Source: Lepidodermella squamata
Taxonomy: Eukaryota > Animalia > Gastrotricha
Assembly: GCA_047495785.1 (NCBI GenBank)
Contig: JBLDXI010000001.1
Span: forward strand, 1,860,001 to 1,924,000
Direction of reading: 5' to 3'
DNA: 64,000 bases
In this document: one piece after another, positions 1 to 12,805 of the stretch
Numbering within the stretch: the stretch's first letter is position 1
Layout of the letters: every line of letters starts with the position of its first letter
Notes under the pieces: model-generated
Databases searched by the model: none
What the model was told of the DNA's origin: nothing
What the model saw: only the letters and a program-made list of their open reading frames with translations
Made by a program: the position numbers and the translations under genes

Positions 1-1688
1 GTTTCCGACGAGAGTATGACGGTTAACGTCCTTAGTGAGCCCTGCAGAAATGCGAGGAGGCTTATTCTTTTTCTTCTTCGAGACATTGCGGTCTGGGGTG
101 AAAACAGCTAACTCTTCTCCGCTATAAACCAAATGCATTAGCAATAGTAAACAATAATTTGCTTATAACTAACTTTACGGCGTAGAAAACGACCTGGCCT
201 TGGATTGGGCTCGAGATACCATCTTCAGGTAGTGAGTCAGTGAGGCCTTTTCCTTTTCGCTTTTTTCGACGATTCTTTGCAATTTTTGTTGACTCGTCAA
301 GAGGCTGCTCACGTTCCAATTGATGGAACGGAGTAGGTGACTTGGAGAGAATGCTTATCGAAACCACATGACCATCTGGGTCTTGCAGTGTGGCCGGCAC
401 AGTTGGTGTCATAGAGGTTCCACTATTGACAATTAGGTCATTCGGAACACTTTCTCGCCTTCCATGACCTGAATTCACGCGAAGGTCGGGTGACTGGCGA
501 GGTGTGAGAAGCGAAGGCATTTGCTTGCTAGCTATTTTAGCCAGATGTTTGGCCGATGCCGGGAATCCACTCGGAGGCTTACCTGTGACAACGACGCTAT
601 GTTTTAATACCTCAGTGGGCTTTGAGGAATCAAGGGTAAATGACTTTTCGGTGATGAAAAACGTTTGTTGTGACATCGTGTCGCCTTCATCGTCCGGCTC
701 AGGGCTGTATTGAACGGCACGATCGACGGTTCTCACGACGGGTTTTACAGGTTCCTGGGACTTGATAGGCTTCGGGAGCTTCTTAATGGGCGGTTTGACC
801 AGGACTAGCGACATCGTTTTCGACCGATCCATTCGTGCCTTTTCCAGGCCTGAGTTACGCTTCATATCAAAACCAGACCCTTTTACATTGAAATCGACCG
901 GGGAGTTTTCTTCCATCTTCTGTAGTTTCGTCGTACCTCTGAAGGGAATGATTTTCGGTAGAGGCTTGAATGTATCGCTCATGGGCGGTGGCTGGGAGAT
1001 TTTATCGTCCATCACCTTAGGTCTAGACTTCTGGGTTAATGAAAGGCCTTTGACTGGAGGGGCAAGGCGGCGAGGAATTAGAAGACCGATGCCCTCGCAA
1101 TCCTTCTTCCAGCGAGTAATCCACGTGCTGAGATTGTTCAGGTCAACTACGGAATCTTTAACGTTGGTTTTTTGTTTCCCAGGGGAAACGGACGAATTTT
1201 CTCTAGAGTAAGGCACCATCATTGATGAGGAATGCGTTCTGATAGACGGGCTTTCAAAGGCTTTCCTAGAAGGAGATGCAATCGTCGGCAAGGCCATTGC
1301 CTTCTCAATCTCAGCCTCCGGAACAGGTAATGCAACTCGAATTTTTAAACGATGCTCTTCATTTTGTTTCGATGGAAGCGCATAAGCATTCGAAAGGCGG
1401 GTTGCAGGAATATGTTTGCGATACTTGAGCAGCCGCTCGGGTGATTTTGGCACCGGTGCTGATTTCAGCGAGATTTTTGTCTGGAATTGCTTTCTTTGAA
1501 TAACAGAAATGGAGATTACTGCCGGGTAAATGCATTTTAAAATACCTTGTTGAAAAGCCGGGAGCCCATGCCAACGTTTTGTTTTCTTCGGAATTCGGCT
1601 CCGACAATATTTTGTTGCCAGGCTGCCTCATTTCCGGCATTGAAGGCATTCGCCTGAAGAATATATGTGGTCTTTTATCCGTTAGCAT
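1..1688 (-). CDS. Uncharacterised basic Ser/Pro/Lys-rich protein, multi-exon, continuing off the left edge
   Basis: 443-aa ORF 122..1453 overlapped by upstream ORF 1359..1688, with plausible GT-AG junctions near 1546 and ~195/122. No recognisable domain; boundaries approximate. Confidence 0.6.
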
Positions 1689-2415
1689 GAAAGAATTCTT
1701 ACCCCAAATCCCCCGGCATCAGTCTCACCCTTGTCTCAAAGAACAGAGCATATGGGAAAACAACACCTTCATTGTTCTAATCTCGATGCGAAACACGTAG
1801 AATTGTCAGTGGTTGTTGTTCTCTCATAACTGAATGTAAAACGGCATAACGGTTCGCGCTGATTATTGATTCGCGACCTTGTTTTTACGCTGAATAAAGC
1901 ACGCGCATTTGATGATGTCACTCTCCAACGGCAACGCGTTAATATTTTAACGAGCGGCCAGCCCTCGCTCGTACGCTTGCGCTAGAGGGGGTGTAGGGCT
2001 CTTCGATTTTTTCAAGGAGTCACGTGGGGAATATGGGATGCTGCGAAAGTTAACCAGCCTATCTGAATAATCCTATTCCACCGATTTTCTTTACAAAGTT
2101 TCAAACTCTGAACTGATTGCTGTGCAAGATAACCTTAGCTTCTACTCGGGTTTATCAATGATTGTAGTTCTAACAAAACTACCGCTACAATAGTGAGCTG
2201 CAATGAGATGCAGTCACGATTCTAGGAATGGTCTTGATTTTAAAGAAAACATATTTGTGGCTGCGCTCAGCCTTATAAAGCGCATCCTTTGAAAAAGTTA
2301 AGAAATTGAATAATTAATTTATTCTAATAACAACCATGTCAGCTAAACTAATATTACAGAGTAATTCAAAGGATGATATCGAGTCTAATTTTATTGGTGG
2401 ATTGATGCAGCAGAA

Positions 2416-2757
2416 TTAATTTTCGATCATCTTCTGACAAAGGCGAGTGACCATTGATGAAGTGCGCGCTCGGGTGCCACCACTCCATTTTTCTTGACAT
2501 TCCTCAAATTTGCGCCTCTGCATTTCTCGATCCATGACATTGACGATTTCAGCTAGCTTTTCATTGCTTCGATTCTCGCCGACTCTCATCAACAAATGCT
2601 CTAATAATCGATAAAATGTGGCTTCATTTTAGATGCAAGAATCAAAATCCTTACTCAGTTTCCGTATTTTCGCATCGGTGTTACTGTTGCTGTTCAGTGC
2701 TTCGATTGAACAGGCAAGAATGACGAGGGCAGAGACGAAGATAATCAATGTGTTCAT
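2416..2757 (-). CDS. Small secreted prepropeptide-like protein (95 aa, 2 exons)
   Basis: Exon 1 2757-2655 (signal peptide MNTLIIFVSALVILACSIEA), intron gtaagg...tattag, exon 2 2600-2416 open to TAA. Ends in ...MQRR-KFEECQEKWSGGTRARTSSMVTRLCQKMIEN. Confidence 0.7.
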
Positions 2758-3246
2758 TTTGCCTGGTACCGATGAGGATGGAAAAAATCCAAAACAGGAT
2801 GGAATGAGGATGGAAGAGCGGGGTGGCGACACACGTGCTGTCAGAGGCTATTGGAATTAATTGTCGACAGACTAGTACTTCAATTGCCATTAAAATTGTT
2901 AATTGTCAGGCGCTCGATTTTAACAGTATAAAACAGCAAGCCTTAGGCGACTAATCAATAAACGAGTGGTTATTCCTACTCCACGATTAACGCACGATTA
3001 AGCACCAGCGAACATTCACCATATGACTTTGGTCACGATGAGGCTCGCTTCAAAACACAGGATTCAATTGCCAGGAATTGATTTGAAAATACCTGTAGCA
3101 CTCATTTTTGTAGTTTTCATGGGCGGCAGAAAGACAACAGAATTCCCACTTGGAATTTTATTTGTTTATTCTTTCGAAAGGCAATTGACACATGTATTAT
3201 CTACTACCGTGAATAATATATTGATAAAAATAATCCATAGTTTCTT

Positions 3247-5582
3247 TTAGTAAAAGCAAGCGTAAACCTCCAAACCAGAATAGCCAGTAGCCGCATCCAC
3301 AGTGATGTAGTAATCCATTCCTGAATCTGATATTGGTTTAACTACCCATTCATTACTGCCCGTCCAGTAAGGCGCCCAGTCGTAGTCATTCGGAGTCGCA
3401 ACACGTCCCTTCTTAACAAACATATCGGCGTCACCATTATCGCCGTAAATTTGAACATTTTGAGTCGTTGCTCCGAGGGGCACAAAGACAACGTAGTAAC
3501 GAAGGTCACCGGTACTAGCCGCAGTGTTGTATTCAGAATCACAATTAGCTATTCTGATTGGGTTCGATGGTGATCGGCCCGGGGTGGATCTTGGCGTTGT
3601 CGTTGTTGTTGTTGTCGCGCGGGTTGTAGTTGTGGTAACACCAGGTCGGCGGGTTGTTGTAGTTGTAGTAGTCGTAGTTGTTGTGGGAGTATTGGTGTTA
3701 CCATTGCTGGGATTGGCTACACAGTCACTGATATCTAACCCACCCGCTTTCCAAGCATTGATAACAGCAATCGTGTCACCGCCATTAATTTGGTACTGTT
3801 TGACAGCAGATGCAACATCACAACCAGCTTGCTTCAAAGTGGTGTCCTGGCGCCAGAAAAATCGGTTGGCGTAGATGTAAGCGCGACCAGCGAGCCGAGG
3901 ATCCCACCGTGGACTCGTTGCTAGCTTGTAAAAGATGTAATTAGGCACAGCACTGCAGGTATGAGGATCTTGGCACACTGATTTGCCACCGCGGCAGTAA
4001 CGGCTATCTGGAGAGGGGAAGTACCACGAGTATTGGTTATTTTGGGTCATGTCTCGCAGGCAACGATCGTTATTCGCCATGCAATTTTGACCGACACACC
4101 AGTTGACGGAGCCTGAAGCGTAGAACTCAGCCATCATGCCAATAGCGTCTGAGAAAGCTTCATTCAAACAGCCCGGCTCTCCGGAGTAAACCAGCTGTGA
4201 ATTGTCGCTGATATCGGTAACCGCGTGACCGATTTCATGGGCGACTACATCTAGACACGTCCCGAGCGGGTAGAACATGGTACCACCGTCACCGAAATAC
4301 AACGCCTCGCCGTCCCAGTAAGCGTTGTCATAGTTCTGATTGAAATGTACGGCAAAATTCAAAATTCCGGTCGGGGTCAGCTGTGTCAAGCCGCCCCATG
4401 AAGCATTCTTGAGCATGTCCGTCGCTCTTATAGCGTTAGCGAAAGAATCTGCTACCACGCCATAGCCGCGGTTGTTGCCGTCAGTGGGACCAGTCGAGCA
4501 AGGGTATGTATAAACGCGGCTGGATGAGCTTAAATCACTGCGGCCGCTGTTCATATGATAAACGTTGACCGTTCCATCAGCATTTGACATCTGACATTGA
4601 CTTGGACTGAGTCTTTTCGCTTTCGAGGATAGATCCTCCTTGCCTGATGTTGAACCGTAAGTATAACGTCCGGTTTTTGAATTTCCGCCATCCCAGCCTC
4701 CTTTCAAACAACTCCATGAATCTTTCACGGTTTGGAGCTTAGTATCAACTAAGCATGTGAAGCAAATAGCCGCAACTGACTCGGTCATGCTAATGCGAGC
4801 AGCTTTAGAACGGATTTGGACTAAATCAGCATAGACAACACTATCAGGATCAGAGGTGTTGGTGCCGTAGTCGTAGACAAATCGTTCAGACGTAGTGTTC
4901 AGGATTCGTCCGTCAGTTTCGGTTTGATATTTTGTTTTGCAAACTGCTTCCGACATACCAGGGATCGGCAGAGACCTGCTAGCGCCTCTTTTGAATTTTA
5001 GAACTATGTCATTTTTCGGATTATCAGTGGATACAATGGCTAAGCCGCGGACGCCAGCTTTCTTTTCGACTACTGTGGCACCGCTGCCCCAAACTTTCAA
5101 GTTGTTGATCCTGTGTTCGTAACGTTTGATTACGTCGCCGTTTGGGAGTTCCATTTCATTGCCGGTTGGGACGATTTGCTCATTAGCACCTTCAGTGTCT
5201 GTTGCTAGGCCGAAGAGAGATCTGGAAGCGGGCTGCTCAATAGCTCTAAACGCTTCGTCTGTTTTAGAAAAAGTCAATGCTTGCTATTAACATTCGATAG
5301 GAGTAGAGATTTCTAACCTTTGTCTGGAGGGGCAGATTTTTGTCTTGCATTTCCAGATGCTGAGCTGCTTGGTGTAGCCCGAGTCGGCGCCCTCCTAGGC
5401 TGAGTAGTTCTTGTAGTTGTTTCTTCATCAACGCTACCATCATCATCATCGCCATCTTGGCCATAAGTATTTCTGCCCCCTCCGCGGCCCCAACCTCCTA
5501 GACCTCCTCCAGGTTGAGTAAATGCCAAATTCAGGCAATACAGGAAACAGAAAATCACAGCAAGAAAGCTTAACCTTGCCAT
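3247..5582 (-). CDS. M4 (thermolysin/LasB-like) zinc metalloprotease copy A: signal peptide, propeptide, catalytic domain, Thr-rich linker, PPC domain; single intron
   Basis: Motifs GGNSKTGRYTYG, NAYWDGEALYFGDGGTMFYPL, VVAHEIGH, GCLNEAFSD, DPHTCS and PPC motif GDADMFVKKG..YDWAPYWTGSNE. Signal exon 5582-5318; uninterrupted ORF 5277-3247. Confidence 0.93.
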
Positions 5583-5969
5583 TTTACTTCTTCGAATCTA
5601 CTGTACTCTTTAGACCAACGTGATTCCTTCTTATATCTAATGCATGCAGGTGTTTACAGGTGTAATTACACGCCTTACGTATGCGTGTTCGTGTGGCTGG
5701 CATCTTTATAACCACTCGATTACTGGCGGCAATAGTAATCGTGCTCGGCGTGTAATAAATGTCGTCATGTCGAGCCAGCTCAGAATTCAACTTGACAATG
5801 CTTAATTGTATATACCCATCGCCAAGTTACATAGCGGCATCTAATGAGTCATCCGTTTTATCAAGAATCGTCACCTACGTCTTCAACAATAAATCATTCT
5901 TGGAACTTGGAACGTAGTAAATCACTCTTGGATAACATGTGGTCACTTTGCTTTAAAATCAAAAGGTTA

Positions 5970-8900
5970 TCAATAGTAGCAAGCGTATAGCTCAAGTCCT
6001 GAAAAGGCGGAGGCTGCGTGTATCAAGATGTGGTAGTCCATATTTCGTCGATTGATAGGCTCTACCACCCACTCATCGGACCCTAAATAATAATTTTCAT
6101 TATTCAAAGACTTTCCTTCCAGATATACAAAATTACCTTCCCAGAAGGGAGCCCAGTCATATGAACTCTGATTGGAAATATCATGTGAGTAAGAAATATA
6201 TTTAGAACTTTAATAAGGTCTTACCAGTGTTGGCTGAGAGCCAGCTTTTATCTGTTACATAGAAAGTACGAGTTAAGTTTGCATTAGATTCAAGAGTTCT
6301 TAAACCCACGTAAAGATCTGCATCGCCATTCTTTGCATAAATTTGCACATTTTGGGTTTTGGCATTTGCTGGAACTGATATCACAAAACGGATTTGTTCA
6401 TTTGTTTTCGCCCAAATTCCTGAACATTGATAACATTTCATTAGACTCTCTTCATGTCAGCGAATAAATACCCATAATTGATTTGCAGTTTGTCAATCGT
6501 TTCGCCGGGAATAAAGCCATTGTGGTTGTTTGCTTCGCTGTTGTCGTACTCGGACGTTTAGTGGTAGTGGTGGTAGTGGTAGTTGTTGTCGGTTTGGTAG
6601 TAGTCGTTGTAACGCCTTTAATCGTGGGTACTGACAGTATTACTTTAGCGGGCGTCGTCGTCGGGGTGGTAGCAGCAGTTGTTGTACTAGCTGTAGTTGT
6701 GGTTTTTGTCGTCGTTGAAGTTGTGGGGGACGTTGGAGTGGTCGGCGGAGGCGTAGTCGTCGTGACCCATGGCTCCCAGTCCGAACCCTTCGTAATGCAG
6801 TCGCTAAGGTCAATACCAGCAGCACCCCAAGCCTTCCCGACAGCGGCCACGTCGCCCCCAGCAAGATTCGCCGTCTGAACCGCGGTTGCCACATCACACC
6901 CAGCTTGCTTGATAGTTGTTTCCTGCTTCCAGAACATGCGATTTGCAACCAGAAATGCGCGGGCTGCCGATTTGGTAGTCCAACCACTTGAAGTCGCTAA
7001 CTTGTAGAAGATGTAGTTCGGAATCGCACTACACGTGTGCTGAAACATCATCTTTCATATCAATAACTAAGCAAGTAAAGGTAATTACCGGGTCAAAGCA
7101 ATCAGATGGGTTTGCCTCATTGCAATATTTCGGGTCAGGGGTTGGAAAAAACCCAGAGTATGGTGTGTAAACTTTGAGATCGCGAAGGAATGGCAACGAT
7201 ACCATGCACTCGGGCGCGATCAGGAAATCGTTCTTCCCTGTTGCGTAGTACTCGGCTAATTCTCCCATTATGTCGGAAAAAGCTTCGTTCAAACAGCCAG
7301 GCTCGCCACTGTAAATCAACGCTGAACCACTGCCAGTGACTGCATGCCCGATTTCATGCGCAACGATGTCCAAGCATGACTGAAAGATGGAATGAGATTG
7401 TCAAACTGCGATGATTCTATGAAAAGACAACAACCCCTAAGGAATAGAAATACTTCGATCCATCTCCGAAATACAAAGCTGTGCCGTCCCAATAAGCTGG
7501 ATCACAAAAGTATGAGCAAGTAGTCGCGAATTTAAGGAAACTGAACTTGCCATTGTCGTATCCGCTTTTGAAATGAACAGCCATTTTCAGCTTCCCGGCC
7601 GGAATGATTTGTTTCATGGTTTCAAATCCCCCTACAGAATGGTACAGACTTGTCGCAACAATGAAAAAATCTCACTGACCGTATTCGGGATTGAGCAGCA
7701 TTTCGTATGTCTTCAGACCATTGTACAAAGTATCAGCTGGATAAGGTTAGAATTGTAAGGTTTGAAACTGATTTTGTGGTATGTACCTAAAGCGCCGTAA
7801 GATCGGCTATCATCGTCTTCGTCCAAGCCTTTGAGTAACATCAAGTGTAATTCGAATCACGCAGGTGACATGAAAATTACCAGTTTCACACGTAAAAGTA
7901 TGCGGCTTTAGGCTATCATCTATGTCCCAATAGCTATTATGCATGTGTAGCACCTGAACTGTCAAATCAGGATTTGATAGCTGGCAATTCGTGTCTGACA
8001 ACTTCAAAACAGGCAAAGGATCCTTGCCGTTCTCGCCGTAGGAATACTGCCCCATTCGCTTATTGCCGCCCTTGTACCCTGAGTGAATACCACTCCAATG
8101 TTTCAGCACCTTATTCGCTCGCGTGTCCACAAGGCAGTAGATCAAAAGAGGATCAAACTCATCGGAACTTGCTCGTTTCATCTCAACCAAATCTGCATAA
8201 ACTGTGTCGTTCAAACCTCCCGCTCCTCGGTCGTAAACAAAGCGTTCCAAGTCAAACTCCACATCAGTCAAATCCGCATTGGGCTTACTCGCTGAATATG
8301 CCTTTTTACAGGATTCTTTAGACGCCTCTTCCGCCGGCAATGAGCGCAAAGTGCCAAGACTGTGCTCATACTTCAGCGCGATATTTTGTGAGAGCCGCGA
8401 TGCAGATGGAGGCGCGAAAACCTTCCAAACGCCTGATTTCTTCTCGACAATCGTCGCACCGCTGTTCCAAACTCTGAAACCTGCAACGCGATGGTCGACT
8501 CGCCGCATCCGAGTGCCGTCTTTCAGCTCTAGAGGTGAACCAGAGTCTGTAACAGTTTCGAGGTTCGATGTTAATAGCAGCAAATCTCGAGATGTTGGCT
8601 TGGCAATATTCGCGAAATCGCTGGCTATTCAGGTGCAAGCAAGTTCGAATAGATTTACATTGAAGTCCAAGTATTGTACCTTTGTCTGGCTTCAACATTT
8701 TTATCCTGCCGTTATTTGGTGGATTTGGTGCCATCTGGAACACTGAGCCAAACTGTGCGATGGGCGGAAACGTTGCCTTTTTGGTAGTGGTAGTGGCTTT
8801 AGTGTATGTTTTCGTCACACTTCTCGTCGTAGTCTTCGAAGCAGAAAATGGTGTTGAATTGTATGCCCTTACCCCGATTCTGATTCCAACCCGGCCTTGC

Positions 8901-8995
8901 GAATTGGATGTAGCATTGTCGACGCCGTCGCTTTTGGCGAAAGATAGTAAGGTGATCAAACCCACCACAAACAATGGGTTCAAAGAATTTCTCAT
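5970..8995 (-). CDS. M4 metalloprotease copy B (about 12 exons)
   Basis: Signal MRNSLNPLFVVGLITLLSFAKS; GGNKRMGQYSYG; AYWDGTALYFGDG; IVAHEIGH; NEAFSD; AEYYATGKNDFLI; Thr-rich linker; PPC ending YACYY-TGA at 5970. 11 introns keep frame (one GC-AG at 7550). Confidence 0.9.
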
Positions 8996-9493
8996 TCTGT
9001 GCGGCTATGAAACACGTTATTCTATACGCTTTTAGCTGTTTTTACTCTATAATGTTATACTCCATTTTTTCGTAGAAATTAACGGCACAACACGTAAATG
9101 ATCCGCAAGTAAGATAAGTAAGACGTCTACGAAATCTGTATGCCGTCCGGTTTCGACTTCGTGCTTTTCCATTGCAGAAATGTCCGCGAAGTCAAAAGCG
9201 GATGCTATTTTTTCATTTTTTCAGGGCAAAATGAACCTTCAAGTAATGTCTACCGCAAACTGATCATCACGAACCAGACATTGACCTATCCTGGATGAAA
9301 TCGTCATCAAAGCTTCCGCTTAGAGAGATACCATGCCTTATGTGAATAAACGGACTACATGTAAACAAGTATATTGAATTTTATTGTTCAGATCCCGAAA
9401 ATAACAATAAAATCGCGGCTAATTTTACTAAAAATAGCATCCGCTATTATGGCAAATTAATCGTAACAAAGCGGAATCGTCTCGAATGGAAGC

Positions 9494-12400
9494 TTAAATG
9501 AAGCAGGCGTTGAGGGAAACGTCATCAAACCTGAGAAAAGAGAGTCTTAACACAAAAAAAAACGAAAAGTACAAGAAAAAACTTACGCTTTCGAGGCGTA
9601 AATCATGATGTAGTACCAGCCTTTGACAGTAATTTTCGTCCTAACCCATTCAACACTGCCCTTCCAGAATGGTCGATATTGATCCGTACTTCCCTAATCG
9701 CGATAAAAATGAGTTGGTGATGACTAAAAATAACAAATCTTCCTCTCACCTGGGCAACTGTTGGAATAGATCCAGCTCGGATGTACAAGTCCGCATCACC
9801 TGAGGAAAGTAAGACAATTCGCTATTAAATCCAGAAATGTTTCCAAGTTACCAGTGAATCCGTCGATGAAAACATTCATCCTATCAACGCTATCGGCAAC
9901 GAAAATCTTGAAATACAAAGCCTTGCCATCACCAGCTGCCAGGTCTGAAACAGCTTCATTTTAGCGAATGGTATCAAGTATATAGACAAAAACCTGCCTT
10001 CGTAATCTTCGCAATTCTGAATGATCCTAATGTTATCAGAAGGCGCCGGGGTAGCAGGAACAGGGGCTGATGGGGGCCTCATCGTAGCAACTGTAGGTAA
10101 AGGCCTGTAAGTAACCGGAGCGAAAGTTGGCCTGGTAGCTGCTTGAGTGGTCTGGCGGTTCGGGATAAGCCAGGTAAGCCAAGCTGGGACAGTGATACTC
10201 CACCCAGTAGTAGTAGCCCTAGTAGCCGGGGCAGCAGTTGGTCGGGGCTGGGGTGGCGGAGGCGGCGGGGTAGGTCTGTAAGTTGGACCTGGTGGGGCTT
10301 GGGTCGGTGGTGGCCTGGGTCCAGGGGTGGGCATGCATCCTGAAATATCGATATCCACAGCTTTGAAAGCTTCCATCAAATAACGCGGCTCGCCCCCGAT
10401 CCTGTACTGATTTGCTGAAACTGCCACGTCGCAAGCTGCTTGTTTCATTTTATGATTCTACAAGACCGATTTATGTTATAAAAAAAATATTTGTTGTAAG
10501 AAAAACCTTTTTCCAGAAGGCAGCATTCGCGTTCAAGAAGACCTTCCAAGCGCTTTTAATGTCCCAAGTTGGTGAGGTAGCTAGCTTATAGAAGACGTAG
10601 TTGTAGATGGCACTGCAGTGGTGAGGATCGGAATCTGCTGCGAATTTCGTGATTGACATAGGAATAGTCATATCGCGGAGGTAAGGTCGCTGTTCAACAT
10701 GACCGTATTGCTCATAATTCATAAATATTTCCAAATTCACGGCTTACGGATTTCATGCAACTTGCGCCAATTTTGAAGTCATTTTTGCCTTCTACATAAA
10801 ATTCAAGTGCTTCAGCCATCATGTCCGAAAACGCCTACATTAATCCATGATGCGTGACGTTATTTTAACCAAACAAAAATGCTTGCTACCTCATTCATAC
10901 ACCCAGACTCGCCTTCGTAGATGAGATCCGACGTCATTTGGGTGACGCTGTGGCCGATTTCGTGCGCAACAACGTCAGCACATGTGCACAGCCTGTCAGT
11001 CAATAAATTTTAAAATTAGAAAAATGAAGGCGAAATAAAAGAGATACACATACGGTACAAATGTGGAGCCTCCATCGCCTACATAAAACGCCGAACCATC
11101 CCAAAATGCGTTATCGTACCTTAAAGACCGATGCTTAAAGTTGAGAAACGGGAAAAGCTGGACCTTACTTCACGTTGAAATGCGCGCCAACATTAAACGT
11201 TCCCACCGGGGTGTATTTGTTGATGTCCCGAGAAAATCCTATAATGGAGCGATGAAGGATTAGGTAATTTTAATCCTAGTCAACGCGCTTTACCCCAGTC
11301 AGGATCCAGTAAAAATTGGACAGTTTTATTCGCGTTGTAGAAACAATCAGCTGTCGAAAATAATGTTGAATTCTGAACTTTTGATTGATCATTTTCTCAC
11401 CCATGGGCCCGTAGGCACCATTGATAGGATCATCCGGTCCGCTCTGGCAGTTGTAGGATACCACAGGCGTAGACCCGGGTGAAATTCGGCTGGACCTGCT
11501 ATTCATGTTGTAAACGGTAACTGTCTTAGCGGCGTTTTGCATAAGGCATTGGCCCTGGCTGTTTGTTATAGCAGGCAGCTGAGGGCGATTCGGAGATTCT
11601 CCATAGCGATACCTGATTTTTTAAAACAAACTTGAATCAACCAAGAAAACTTTGCATCGACTCACTTTCCAGTTCTTGTGTTGCCGCCGTAGCCGAAATA
11701 TGTGTGAAGGCCATCCCAAGATTTCAGGACCTAAAAAACTGTCAATAAGGAACGAAGCCAGGTGATTGCCCGAAATTTTAACCTCGCGTTTTCGCATGTC
11801 GATCAAGCACAGGACTCGGAATGGTATATTTTTGACATATTCTAAGCCCCTTATATCAGCTTCAACTGCCAGGGTTTGCGAGCCATCTGCAGCTTGGTAG
11901 AAATAAGTTCGTGTTTTGTTGTCGTAGACCTAAGAAAGACAATTTTCTCCTAAAATTACCAGCTCGAAGTCGAAATTTACTGTATCTCTAGATTCGACCT
12001 CCCAATGGACCTTGCAAATATTGATGGCCGCTGCATCTGGAACGCCGCTGTTGTCGCTTGCAGCTTCCCTCGGAATGCGTCGCAATTTTTGAGGGCCAGA
12101 TGCCGATCGGATCTTAGAAGGTCCAGCGCATAGACCTCGAATAGCTGGCGGTTTGCGAACTGCTACGCCAGAATTCCAAACAGGAATGTTGTCGACAGTA
12201 TGTTCCAGCCTAGATATGACTGACCCATCAGGCATTGTCACCTCTAAAATTGAATTCCATGAAGAAAAATGAAAACAAAAGCAATCGGCATGTACCGATT
12301 CCTGTGGGCACCAAGTCCTCGTTTTCATTGGTCAACTCGAAGATATCCCGAGCTCGAGGGGGAGCTTCATCATCGGCTAAACCTAGGCAAGGATCGTCGT

Positions 12401-12545
12401 CATCCACCGGGGTTTGCTCATCTGAATCAACTACGGTCGCGTTATCATCAGACTTCTCTAAAACCCTGAAATCAGGCCTAGCTATCCGATCAGCTGCGGC
12501 TATGTTGAAGATCAGAAAAAGGAGTAGAGCCTGTTTTATTGGCAT
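9494..12545 (-). CDS. M4 metalloprotease copy C (about 16 exons)
   Basis: Signal MPIKQALLLFLIFNIAAA; GGNTRTGKYRYG; NAFWDGSAFYVGDGG; VVAHEIGH; GCMNE|AFSD; DPHHCS; Pro/Thr linker; PPC GDADLYIRAG, ending NACFI-TAA. 15 introns traced. Confidence 0.9.
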
Positions 12546-12805
12546 TTCTCCTGTTACTCACGAAATTTCAGCTATTACACTGTACGGCTTCTTGAGGCCA
12601 CACATCAGTCATCACTAAAAAATTATTGACGCACTCTGATTATGTGTTTTATTGGCGATTTCACACGTTAAAAGCGAGTCTACTCCACACGAAAAAGCAA
12701 CATTTTTTAGGATCAACATGCGTCACGCCTAAAATGTCGCTAAATAGAAGAAAAGATGGGGAATTTTTTAAATACCTAAATGTCAGTCATAGAGTCACTG
12801 CACGA

